Source: Gammaproteobacteria bacterium
Lineage (GTDB): Bacteria; Pseudomonadota; Gammaproteobacteria; Steroidobacterales; Steroidobacteraceae
Reading direction: 5' to 3'
DNA: 64,000 bases
Assembly (NCBI GenBank): GCA_037444685.1
Contig: JBBILX010000011.1
Location: 50,459-114,458, forward strand
Shown piece by piece: positions 1-8,730 of this stretch. The stretch's first letter is position 1, and the number at the start of each line of letters is the position of its first letter. Under the pieces are notes generated by a model. The model was not told where the DNA came from, searched no databases, and worked only from the letters and a program-made list of their open reading frames with translations. A program made the translations under genes and the position numbers.

Positions 1-929
1 TGCGCGAGCGACTGTATCCCTCGCCGCATTACCGCTGGTGTTTCGGGGAGTCGGACGGCCTGCCGGGCCTGGTGCTCGACCGCTTCGGCGACATCGTCGT
101 CGGCCAGATCGCCACGGCCGGCATGGAGGCACTGCGCGAGGCCGTCGAGCAGGCCGTCACGGCCGTGCTGGCTCCGGTGGCGCTGATCTGGAAGAACGAC
201 ACGGGCGCGCGTGACCTCGAGCGGCTGCCGCGCGAGGTCCGCGCGGCCTGGGGCGAAGTTCCGGCCGAGCTCGAAGTGCAGGAACGGCCCGCGTCCGATC
301 TGCTGCTGCGGTACCGCGCACCGCTCGTCGATGGTCAGAAGACCGGCTGGTTCTACGATCAGGCGGGCAATCGGTCCCGGCTGCTCCGCTACCTCGCGCG
401 CGGCGCTCGCGTACTCGACGTCTGCAGCTACGTGGGCGCGTGGGGCCTCACAGCGGCCGTCGGCGGGGCCGGCGCGGTGACCTGTGTCGACGGTTCGCAG
501 CGCGCCATCGATTTTGCACGGCGCAATGCCAACGCCAATGGCCTGGCCATCGAGACCCTGCGCGGCGATGCCTTCGAAACGCTCGAAGCGCTCGCAAACG
601 CGCAACGCCGTTTCGACGTCGTGGTGCTCGATCCGCCCGCATTCATCAAGCGCCGTCGCGATGCCGCGGCGGGGCAGGCCGCCTACCGGCGGCTCAATCA
701 GCTCGCGCTGCGCCTGCTCAACAACGAAGGGCTGCTGGTCTCCTGCAGCTGTTCCTTTCACCTCGAAGCGGACGCGCTGCTCGCTTCGATACAGGCCGCC
801 GCGCGCCACGTCGGCCGCTTCGTGCAGCTGCTCGAAACCGGCGGACAGGCGCCGGATCATCCTGTCCACCCGGCAATCAGCGAAACCCGCTATCTCAAGG
901 CCTTCTTCTGCCGCGTGACGCCAGAGTGA
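1..929 (+). CDS. rlmI: class I SAM-dependent rRNA methyltransferase, RlmI-like (5' end cut by window edge)
   Basis: Frame 3 is open from base 3 (RERLYPSPHYRWCFGESDGLPGLVLDRFGD...). It has the SAM-binding-like VLDVCSYVGAWG and DVVVLDPPAF motifs. The listed ORF 72..929 is only the first in-frame GTG. Confidence 0.75.
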   Translation, partial: RERLYPSPHYRWCFGESDGLPGLVLDRFGDIVVGQIATAGMEALREAVEQAVTAVLAPVALIWKNDTGARDLERLPREVRAAWGEVPAELEVQERPASDLLLRYRAPLVDGQKTGWFYDQAGNRSRLLRYLARGARVLDVCSYVGAWGLTAAVGGAGAVTCVDGSQRAIDFARRNANANGLAIETLRGDAFETLEALANAQRRFDVVVLDPPAFIKRRRDAAAGQAAYRRLNQLALRLLNNEGLLVSCSCSFHLEADALLASIQAAARHVGRFVQLLETGGQAPDHPVHPAISETRYLKAFFCRVTPE

Positions 930-993
930 GGATCGCCAGCCGCTGCGCCTCGCGGCCATGCGGAGCCTCGCGATAGGTCTTAGAATGCGCGCA

Positions 994-1791
994 ATGCTGA
1001 CCTACCCGGGCTTCGATCCCATCGCTTTCTCGCTCGGACCGATCCAGGTCCACTGGTACGGGATCATGTACCTGGTCGGGTTCGCCGCGGCGTGGTGGCT
1101 GGCCCGACGACGGGCCGCTGCTGCAGGCTCCACCTGGAGGGCGGAAGACGTCGACGATTTCATCTTCTTCGCGATGCTCGGCGTGATCCTCGGTGGCCGG
1201 ATCGGTTACGTGCTTTTCTACGGCAGCACGTTCTGGCGCGAGGACCTGCTGTACATCTTCCGCATCTGGGAGGGCGGCATGTCCTTTCATGGCGGGCTCG
1301 CCGGAGTGCTGGTCGCCAGCGCGATCTTCGCGCGTCGGCGCCGCCGTTTCGTCTCCGACGTGTTCGATTTCGCGGCGCCGTTGCCCGGTATCGGCCTGTT
1401 CGCCGGGCGGATCGGCAACTTCATCAACGGCGAGCTGTGGGGCAAGGCGACCGACGTTCCCTGGGGCTTCGAGGTCAACGGCGTGGTCAGGCATGCGACG
1501 CAGCTCTACGAGGCCGCGCTCGAGGGTCTCGTGCTGTTCGTGGTGCTCTGGTGGTTCACCTCGACGCCGCGACCGCGGCTCGCCGCCTCGGGCCTGTTCC
1601 TCGTGCTGTACGGATCCGCTCGCACGCTGGTCGAGTTCTGGCGAGTCCCGGACGCCCAGCTCGGCTATCTCGTCGGGGACTGGCTGACGATGGGACAGGT
1701 GCTGTCCTTGCCGCTGCTCGTCGCCGGCATCGCCTTGCTGTACGTTGCGTATGCGCGTCGCGAACCTTCGGGGAATTTCGCTGCCGCATGA
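994..1791 (+). CDS. lgt: prolipoprotein diacylglyceryl transferase
   Basis: The N-terminus [30 protein letters not shown] is typical of Lgt, as are HGGLAG and [14 protein letters not shown] chose the internal ATG at 994 rather than the ORF start at 958. The stop overlaps the thyA start (ATGA at 1788-1791). Confidence 0.9.
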   Translation: MLTYPGFDPIAFSLGPIQVHWYGIMYLVGFAAAWWLARRRAAAAGSTWRAEDVDDFIFFAMLGVILGGRIGYVLFYGSTFWREDLLYIFRIWEGGMSFHGGLAGVLVASAIFARRRRRFVSDVFDFAAPLPGIGLFAGRIGNFINGELWGKATDVPWGFEVNGVVRHATQLYEAALEGLVLFVVLWWFTSTPRPRLAASGLFLVLYGSARTLVEFWRVPDAQLGYLVGDWLTMGQVLSLPLLVAGIALLYVAYARREPSGNFAAA

Positions 1792-2582
1792 AGGCCTACC
1801 TCGAGCTCATGCGTCACGTCCGCGAGCATGGCGTGCGCAAGACCGATCGCACTGGCACGGGCACGCTCTCGGTGTTCGGCTGGCAGATGCGATTCGACCT
1901 CGCTGCCGGTTTTCCGCTCGTGACGACCAAGAGGATCCACACCAAGTCAGTCGTCCACGAGCTGCTCTGGTTCCTGCGCGGCGAGACAAACGTCCGTTAC
2001 CTGCGCGAGCACGGCGTCACGATCTGGGACGAATGGGCCGACGCCGACGGGGAGCTCGGACCCGTCTACGGCCGGCAGTGGCGCTCGTGGCCCAGGCCCG
2101 ACGGAACGCGAGTCGACCAGATCGCCGAGGTGGTCCGGCAACTGCGCACGAATCCGGACTCGCGGCGCATCGTCGTCAGCGCCTGGAACGTCGGCGAACT
2201 CGACCAGATGGCGCTGCTGCCCTGCCATACGTTGTTCCAGTTCTACGTGGCCGAGGGGCGGCTGTCCTGCCAGCTCTATCAGCGCAGCGCAGACGTCTTC
2301 CTCGGTGTGCCGTTCAACATTGCCTCGTACGCGCTGCTGACCCACATGCTCGCGCAGCAGTGCGACCTCGCTCCCGGTGAGTTCATCTGGACAGGTGGCG
2401 ACTGTCACCTCTACCTCAATCACCTCGAGCAGGCCGACCTGCAGCTGTCGCGCACGCCGCTGCCGCTGCCCGAACTCGTGCTGCGGCGCCGCCCGCCGTC
2501 GATCTTCGATTACGTCTATGAAGACTTCGAGTTCCGCAACTACCAGCACCACCCCGCGATCAAGGCACCGGTCGCGGTCTGA
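1788..2582 (+). CDS. thyA: thymidylate synthase (ThyA type)
   Basis: [31 protein letters not shown]..., the catalytic-Cys context [12 protein letters not shown] and the terminal PAIKAPVAV are present. Length is 264 aa. This is the last part of the 496-aa ORF 1092..2582. Confidence 0.95.
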   Translation: MKAYLELMRHVREHGVRKTDRTGTGTLSVFGWQMRFDLAAGFPLVTTKRIHTKSVVHELLWFLRGETNVRYLREHGVTIWDEWADADGELGPVYGRQWRSWPRPDGTRVDQIAEVVRQLRTNPDSRRIVVSAWNVGELDQMALLPCHTLFQFYVAEGRLSCQLYQRSADVFLGVPFNIASYALLTHMLAQQCDLAPGEFIWTGGDCHLYLNHLEQADLQLSRTPLPLPELVLRRRPPSIFDYVYEDFEFRNYQHHPAIKAPVAV

Positions 2583-2603
2583 GCCGAGAGCAGCAGGAGA
2601 AAC

Positions 2604-3143
2604 ATGACGAAGAGCAGCAGGCGGGGCGAACCCATGATCCGCGTCAGGAATTCGCGTATCCATGGCAAGGGCGTGTTCGCGACGCGGCGCATCCGCAAGG
2701 GCACGCGCATCATCGAGTACGTTGGCGAGCGACTCACGCACGAGGAAGCCGATCGACGCTACGAGGATCACGACGTCAACGACAATCACACCTTTCTCTT
2801 CATCGTCGACAGGAACACCGTGATCGACGCCGGTGTCGGCGGGAATGCCTCACGCTTCATCAATCACAGCTGCGACGGCAATTGCGAGTCGGTGATCGAG
2901 AAGGGACGCGTGTTCATCGAGGCGGTGCGCACGATCCAGCCGGGCGAGGAACTCGGCTACGACTACGAAATCGGCCGCGAGCCGGACGACCCACCGAACG
3001 TCGACGAGATCTTCGCCTGCCGCTGCGGTTCGCCGAAGTGCCGCGGCACGATGCTCTGGCCGCCCAAGCGGCCGCCCAAGCGATCGCGCCGCAAGACGGC
3101 GAAGCGCCGCGTACGGCAGGGCAGTCGCGCGAGCAGGCGATGA
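2604..3143 (+). CDS. SET-domain protein (putative protein-lysine methyltransferase) with a basic C-terminal tail
   Basis: GKGVFATRRIRKGTRIIEYVGE, RFINHSCDGNCE, ELGYDY and a post-SET-like CRCGSPKCRG are present. AGGAGA lies 3 nt upstream of the ATG. The tail is KRPPKRSRRKTAKRRVRQGSRASRR. Confidence 0.8.
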   Translation: MTKSSRRGEPMIRVRNSRIHGKGVFATRRIRKGTRIIEYVGERLTHEEADRRYEDHDVNDNHTFLFIVDRNTVIDAGVGGNASRFINHSCDGNCESVIEKGRVFIEAVRTIQPGEELGYDYEIGREPDDPPNVDEIFACRCGSPKCRGTMLWPPKRPPKRSRRKTAKRRVRQGSRASRR

Positions 3144-3255
3144 GCGGCCCCGGCCGGTCGGTCGCCGCCGGTCGGGCGTTCAGGATGCGTTCAGATGCGC
3201 GCGCCTAGCCTGACTCCAGCCTCCCGTGCATGGGCGCGCGGGAATGGAGGACCTG

Positions 3256-3597
3256 ATGCTTCGTTCCATCGCTGTCGTCGCGGTGCTCGCTCTGGCCGCC
3301 TTCGAGGCCGAGGCGGGTGAGCGCGCGCGCATCTATCTCGACCTCGACCGCGGCGGTCTGTACGGTTTCGGTATCGACTACCGCGACCAGGGATATCACG
3401 ATCGCCGTGACCGCCACGGCTACTATCGCGACCGCTATCGCTATGGGCCGCCCTACGGCCGCGCCCTTGGCTACTGGGATCGCCCGTGGCTGCGCTATCA
3501 GGGTGCCTACCGCGAGGGCTGGCGCGACGGGCGCCGCTACGAGCGCCACTGGGACCGCTGGCACGATCGTCGACGCCACCGCGACTGCGACGACTGA
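3256..3597 (+). CDS. small secreted protein, Arg/Asp/Tyr/Trp/His-rich, unknown function
   Basis: GGAGGA lies 4 nt upstream of the ATG at 3256. It has the signal-peptide-like MLRSIAVVAVLALAAFEAEA. The mature part is DYRDQGYHDRRDRHGYYRDRYRYGPPYGR...WDRWHDRRRHRDCDD. Third codon positions are mostly G/C, as in real genes here. Confidence 0.55.
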   Translation: MLRSIAVVAVLALAAFEAEAGERARIYLDLDRGGLYGFGIDYRDQGYHDRRDRHGYYRDRYRYGPPYGRALGYWDRPWLRYQGAYREGWRDGRRYERHWDRWHDRRRHRDCDD

Positions 3598-3602
3598 GCG
3601 GT

Positions 3603-6600
3603 TCAGCGCACCCGCACGCGGAATCGCACCGTGAACGACGGATCGCCGGCTGCGCCGCTGCCGGCCATCGATCCCGTCGGCGCGATCCGGATGCCGCGCA
3701 CGGCAGCGTCGAAGCCCGCGGAGTCGGGTGAGGGCGTGTACGTGAACGGTGCGAGACCGGACGGCTGGCTCGAGTAGCCGACGCCGGTCGCCGCCGAGAA
3801 CGTGAGGCCGCTCGACGGGCTGCCCTGCACGAACTCGACGACCGGTGCCGCGGCCGGCGAGACCTGAAGGTCGGTATCGGCAGGCAGGACGTCCGTGATG
3901 ACGAGCGAGTCGGCATCGACGACGCCGGAGCCGGTGTTGGTGATCGTCACGGAATAGCGGACGATGGCTCCGGGAATGCGGCGCGGATTGACCGTGCCGT
4001 TGACCGGATCGCTGAGCACCTCGGAAGCTTTCTGCACGCGCAGCTGCGGCGGCGGGACCGCGACCTGCAGTGGCCCGACACCCGTGTCGGTGACCAGGCC
4101 CTCGGTACCCTCCGTCGCCGTCACCCGCAGCGACCAGCCGCCGACGGGCGCGTCTGCGGGCAAGGTGTATGGATACTCGAAGACGCGGGTTGCGGCGCCA
4201 TCGTCATCGACGAGCGTCATCGCGGCGGAAGCCACGCGGGTCGTGCCCGCGGCATCGACGATCGAGACGGTAGCCCCGGTGATGTCGAAGCTGCCGAACG
4301 GATCGGTCACGGTCGCACGTATCCAAAGGTTCTGTCCGGGTGCGTAGCTCGAGGCGACGCTGCCGCCTGGGAAAGGTGCCGAGAAGGCGCGCACGTCGGC
4401 GACGCTGATGACAGTCGTCGCGTCGAGTTCGATGCGCGAGTGGCGCGTCCAGGTCGTGCCGGCGCCGAAAGGGTGCACGCGCGTCGTGCCGCCGGCGGGC
4501 GCGGTCTGGGCCACCGTCAGCGTGAAGACCGAACCGGCCGGAAAGGTCCGCGCGAGCGGGTTCGGAATCACGAAGTTCACGAGCGTCGGTGTCGTCGTCG
4601 AGGTCGTCACCGTGACGGTCTGTGTCACGCTGCTGCTGAATCCGGCGCCTGCATTGGCCAGCGTCACGGCGAGTGTGCGGCTGCCGCCCCCGCTGCGCGA
4701 GAGATACAGTCTGACCGGGATGTTCCCCGCCGTGACCGACAGCGGTTGCTGCAGTGGCGGTGTCAACGTCCAGGTGCGGCTGCCGCCGCCAGGGACGGCC
4801 TCGAATGTTTCCGCGGCCGGGGCGGGCTGGCGCGAGAGGCCGAGCGTGCCGGTCGACGCGCGGCGCACGAACAGCGGCTTGAGGCCCCCTCCTGGTATCC
4901 GCGATGGCGAGACCACGAGCGTGGGCGCCGCCGGCGACGCTCCGGGCCCATTCGGCTGGCTGACGGTGGCGAGGTTGTCGATCGTCGCGCCGACCGAGGT
5001 CGTCGTCGCCACCGTGACCTCGAAGACGATCGAGACCGTGCCGTTCGCCGGTACTGTGATGCCGCGCAGGTCCAGCAGACCCGCACCGTTGGCGCCGCCG
5101 CCGGGCGTGCTCGCATTGGTCGCCCCGGCAGGAAAGCTCACGAGCGTGAAGCCCGTGGTATTGCCCGGCAGGTCGTCGAGCACGTCGACGCCGGTCGCGG
5201 CGGCGCCGCCGATCTCGATCAGCGCGATGGTGTAGCGCAGCACGTCGCCGGGATCGACCTCGCCACCGTTGACGTCGACGACGGTCTTCGTCGAGGTCGA
5301 CAGATCCGGCCGTAGCACTGGCGTCGTCACGGCACTGCTGTTGTTGCCGAGGTCGAAATCGAAGCTCGCGCTCGCCACCGCTGCCGTGTTCGTCACCGAC
5401 GGAAACGCCGCGGCGCCGACCGCGACGGTCAATGTCAGCGGAGGCGCGGTCGCGCCGGGGTCGAGCACCGGCGGGCGCGTGCAGGTGACCGTCTGACCGC
5501 TCGCGCTGCAGGACCAGCCCGTGCCCGCAGCCGACACGAACGTGAGGCCGGCCGGCAGCACGTCGATGACCGTGACGGGATTGTCCTCGCGCTCATTGCC
5601 GCTTGCGGTTCCATTGGTAACCGAGATCGTGTAGCTCGCGTTGCTGCCGACGATGAACGGCGTGGCGGGCGTCTTCGAGACCTGGAGGTCGACACGCGGG
5701 TCGCTCGTCGCGCTGACGATCTGCGCCGCGAGCAGCACGAGGTCACCGCCCGATGAATAGACGGTCGTTGCCGACTGCTGCCCGGGAGTGAGCAGCGCCG
5801 AGACGTCGTAGGTGTCGACGTCGGCGCCGTACGATGTCAGCACACCTTGCGAATTGACGGTGCCGTCGAACTGTTGAGTGACTGGAACCGAGCCCGTCGG
5901 CACGAGCCCGTCGTCGAGCAGCGTGCCGTTGAAGCGCAGGCTCTCGCTGAAACCATTCAGCGGTCCCGAGTTGCCCGGGTCACCCTCCCAGGTGATCACC
6001 GCGATGCGACCATCGATGCCAGTCGTCGGGATCCGGAAACCGTCCGGGTTCAGGGTCAGTGAATTGCCGCGAAAGAACTGCAGGCCATCGAACACGTTGA
6101 TCGCGCGCAGTCGCTCGCCCGGGCCCGAGTAGATGACGACGAGGCCCCAGCCTGCGGCGACCGCGGCGACCGCACAGTGCGGTGCACCGGTGTTGACCGT
6201 CAGGTCGCCGAACGTGTAGACCCCGTTGCCCGTGACCCGGCTCGTGACGTCGGCGACGGCGCCGAAGAACGGCAGCAACGTGCCGGCGTTGTTGTAGACA
6301 GCCGTGAACGTACGCGCGGCCGCAACCGCACCGCCGTTCAGCGTGACCGATGTGTCGACGACCGGACTGCCGCCGCTCGTCGTCGCCGAGCCGCCCCAAT
6401 AGAGATAGGCGGCGACGATACTCGTGCCCGCCGGTATCCCCGACAGCGTCTGACTGCTCGTCGCGCCGACGGCGCAGGCATTGCCCGTGTTAGGCTGGGC
6501 GCGCAGCGAGCCGCCCGTGGCGACGAAGTTGATGTTGCCGGTGAAGCGCTGCGATCGGCTGATCGGCGTCTGCGACTGGGCGACCGCCGGTATCGCCGCG

Positions 6601-6716
6601 AGGGTCGCAACCAGCAGCGGAAGCAGCACGACGAGCGCTCGAAGCAGGGATTCGAATGGGCGGGTCACGGGGAGCGAAGTCTCTTCGGCGCAGCGGCAAG
6701 GTCGTGCCGCTTGCAT
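3603..6716 (-). CDS. large secreted DUF11-repeat (conserved repeat domain) surface protein, adhesin-like
   Basis: It carries a signal peptide (LLRALVVLLPLLVATLAAIPAVAQSQ). At least three DUF11-type repeats are visible (DLQVSKT..YTISVTNGT..VIDVLPAGLTFVS; VLRYTIALIEIGG..VLDDLPGNT; AIVRYSVTITNTGSG..ITDVLPADT). A ~300-aa N-terminal domain (YLYWGGS, VITWEGDPGNSG) is unassigned. The start is uncertain: ATG 6716, GTG 6668 or ATG 6785. Confidence 0.8.
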   Translation of the reverse strand: MQAARPCRCAEETSLPVTRPFESLLRALVVLLPLLVATLAAIPAVAQSQTPISRSQRFTGNINFVATGGSLRAQPNTGNACAVGATSSQTLSGIPAGTSIVAAYLYWGGSATTSGGSPVVDTSVTLNGGAVAAARTFTAVYNNAGTLLPFFGAVADVTSRVTGNGVYTFGDLTVNTGAPHCAVAAVAAGWGLVVIYSGPGERLRAINVFDGLQFFRGNSLTLNPDGFRIPTTGIDGRIAVITWEGDPGNSGPLNGFSESLRFNGTLLDDGLVPTGSVPVTQQFDGTVNSQGVLTSYGADVDTYDVSALLTPGQQSATTVYSSGGDLVLLAAQIVSATSDPRVDLQVSKTPATPFIVGSNASYTISVTNGTASGNEREDNPVTVIDVLPAGLTFVSAAGTGWSCSASGQTVTCTRPPVLDPGATAPPLTLTVAVGAAAFPSVTNTAAVASASFDFDLGNNSSAVTTPVLRPDLSTSTKTVVDVNGGEVDPGDVLRYTIALIEIGGAAATGVDVLDDLPGNTTGFTLVSFPAGATNASTPGGGANGAGLLDLRGITVPANGTVSIVFEVTVATTTSVGATIDNLATVSQPNGPGASPAAPTLVVSPSRIPGGGLKPLFVRRASTGTLGLSRQPAPAAETFEAVPGGGSRTWTLTPPLQQPLSVTAGNIPVRLYLSRSGGGSRTLAVTLANAGAGFSSSVTQTVTVTTSTTTPTLVNFVIPNPLARTFPAGSVFTLTVAQTAPAGGTTRVHPFGAGTTWTRHSRIELDATTVISVADVRAFSAPFPGGSVASSYAPGQNLWIRATVTDPFGSFDITGATVSIVDAAGTTRVASAAMTLVDDDGAATRVFEYPYTLPADAPVGGWSLRVTATEGTEGLVTDTGVGPLQVAVPPPQLRVQKASEVLSDPVNGTVNPRRIPGAIVRYSVTITNTGSGVVDADSLVITDVLPADTDLQVSPAAAPVVEFVQGSPSSGLTFSAATGVGYSSQPSGLAPFTYTPSPDSAGFDAAVRGIRIAPTGSMAGSGAAGDPSFTVRFRVRVR

Positions 6717-6857
6717 GACATTGTTCGCAGTCGAGCGGGCGCGGCGCAGGCAATGACTCACAGACCTGACATATCGGGCCGTCACGGGACGCTGGAAGTG
6801 AGATTACCATCACAGGAGGGCGCCGCAGCCGCCTCGGCCCGGCCGGGAGCGAACCGC

Positions 6858-7367
6858 GTGGATCCGAGCGTGACACTGATCGTCGCGGTGACGTCGACTG
6901 GCGTCATCGGCCGAGACAACCGTTTGCCGTGGCACCTGCCGGACGACCTGCGGCGCTTCAGGGCGCTGACCATGGGCAAGCCAATTGTGATGGGGCGTCG
7001 CACCTTCGAGTCGATCGGACGGCCATTGCCGGGCCGCCGCAACATCGTGCTGTCGCGGCGCGCGACGCAGCTGCCCGACGGCGTGATCCTGGCCCGCGAC
7101 TGGCCAGCGGCGCTCGCCGCCGCGGGAGATGCGCCCGAGATTATGGTCATTGGCGGCGCCGAGATCTATGCGCTCGCGCTGCCGTGGGCCCGGCGCGTTC
7201 ATCTGACTGTCGTGGAGGCCGAGATCGACGGCGACGCGCACTTGCCGCTGCTCGACGAGCGCGAGTGGCGCGAAATCGAGCGCAGCGTGCACGCTGCCGA
7301 CGAGCGGCACGCCTATGCGATGACCTATCGCACGCTCGAGCGCGTCGCGCCCGGCGCGTCAGCGTGA
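6858..7367 (+). CDS. folA: dihydrofolate reductase
   Basis: TLIVAVTSTGVIGRDNRLPWHLPDDLRRFRALTMGKPIVMGRRTFESIG is present. GTG 6858 is preceded by GGGAG; an alternative GTG is at 6870. This is the C-terminal part of ORF 6177..7367. Confidence 0.9.
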   Translation: MDPSVTLIVAVTSTGVIGRDNRLPWHLPDDLRRFRALTMGKPIVMGRRTFESIGRPLPGRRNIVLSRRATQLPDGVILARDWPAALAAAGDAPEIMVIGGAEIYALALPWARRVHLTVVEAEIDGDAHLPLLDEREWREIERSVHAADERHAYAMTYRTLERVAPGASA

Positions 7368-7374
7368 GTCGCCG

Positions 7375-8730
7375 CTACCGGCCGGCGCGCGCACCGAGCC
7401 GCGCGCCGATCAGTGCGTCGGCGCGCGCCAGCAAGGCCTCGTCCAACGGGCCACCGGTGTCGAGTTCGGCAAGGATCTGCTCCTGCATGGCGCCGCGTTC
7501 CAGCGCCTCGGCGTAGGGAATCTCGGCGTGGAACATGACCATCGAGTAGCGCGGAATGAAGCGTCCCGGATGGCGACGTTCGAGCGCCAGCGCGAGCTGC
7601 TTGCGGCGCTGCAAGTGCGGATCGCGAACGGTATCGCGCATCTCGACATAGTTCTCGAGCGCCATCTGTGCAATGGCGGCCGCCTGCGGCGCGCGCCGGT
7701 GCGCAAAGGCGGCGAATGCGGTCTCCCAGTCGGTGGCAGCGTCGAGCAGATCGACGAGCTCGACACAGTCCTCGAATGCACAGTTCATGCCCTGCCCATG
7801 GAACGGCACGATCGCGTGGGCCGCATCCCCGAGCAGCAGCACCTGTCCGCGGTGGTGCCAGCGATCGCAGCGCACCGTGCCGAGCATGCCCTGCGGGTTG
7901 GCCGCGAACTGCTGCGTCAGGGCCGGCAGGTGAGGCAGTGCGCTCGGGAACTCCCGCTCGAAGAACGCGCTCACGGCCGCCGCGTCATGCAGCCGCGCGA
8001 AGCTCTGCTCACCGTCGCGGGCAAGGAACAGCGTCGCGGTGAAGCTGCCATCCGTGTTCGGCAGCGCGATCAGCATGAACCCGCCACGCGGCCAGATGTG
8101 CAGTGCATGGCGATCGAGCGCCTGAGCCGCTGACGCTGGCATCGCCAGTTCCTTGTAGTCGTGATCGAGCCGCTCCTCGCTGGCGCGGACGATGCCGTTT
8201 GCGACCAGACTCTGCCGCACCGCCGAGCCGGCGCCGTCAGCCGCGATCGTCGGCGTCAGCGCCGTCGAATACGCCTCTCCCGAGGCCAGGTCGCGCCAGT
8301 GCAGCGTGTCGTAGGCGGGGCCGACGCCGAGACACTGCTGCCCGAAGCGCAGTTCGACGGCGGGCATGGCCGCCGCGATTTCCACCAGCGTGCGGTTGAG
8401 CGCGGCGCGCGAGACGGAGTGAATCACCTCGCCGGGTTGGCCGTAAGGCTGCAGCGTCGGCGTTCCCTGCCGGTCGTGGATCGCACGGCCGCGCACCTCG
8501 ACGAGCAGCGGGGCTACGCGCGCGCTCAACCCCGCGGCCTCGAGTGCCCGCAGGCCGCGCGCCGCCAGCACGAGGTTGATCGAGCGACCGCGTTCGACCT
8601 CGTGCAGGCGGGGGTCGGGGCGTCGATCGAACAGACGCACGCGGTATCCGCGTTGTGCGAGCAGGATCGCAAGCAGTGTGCCGGCGAGGCCGGCGCCGAC
8701 GACGGTGACAATGGAAGCCCGCGCCGTCAT
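7375..8730 (-). CDS. kmo: kynurenine 3-monooxygenase (FAD-dependent)
   Basis: It has the N-terminal FAD fold VTVVGAGLAGTLLAILLAQRGYRVRLFDRR and GDAAHAIVPFHGQGMNCAFEDC. The start overlaps the kynU stop (ATGA at 8727-8730). Confidence 0.85.
   Translation of the reverse strand: MTARASIVTVVGAGLAGTLLAILLAQRGYRVRLFDRRPDPRLHEVERGRSINLVLAARGLRALEAAGLSARVAPLLVEVRGRAIHDRQGTPTLQPYGQPGEVIHSVSRAALNRTLVEIAAAMPAVELRFGQQCLGVGPAYDTLHWRDLASGEAYSTALTPTIAADGAGSAVRQSLVANGIVRASEERLDHDYKELAMPASAAQALDRHALHIWPRGGFMLIALPNTDGSFTATLFLARDGEQSFARLHDAAAVSAFFEREFPSALPHLPALTQQFAANPQGMLGTVRCDRWHHRGQVLLLGDAAHAIVPFHGQGMNCAFEDCVELVDLLDAATDWETAFAAFAHRRAPQAAAIAQMALENYVEMRDTVRDPHLQRRKQLALALERRHPGRFIPRYSMVMFHAEIPYAEALERGAMQEQILAELDTGGPLDEALLARADALIGARLGARAGR

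Noticed and set aside
1092-1787. An N-terminal 232-codon extension of the thyA ORF (the 496-aa ORF)
   Set aside because: It overlaps lgt out of frame and translates to Arg-rich nonsense. ThyA homology starts at the ATG at 1788, which overlaps the lgt stop.
3191-3916. - strand ORFs (241 aa and 124 aa) and a + strand ORF (105 aa) overlapping the small secreted-protein gene
   Set aside because: They have no SD or signal features, and one runs into the 3' end of the DUF11 gene. The chosen + frame has an SD, a signal peptide and a G/C third-position bias. The call remains only moderately confident.
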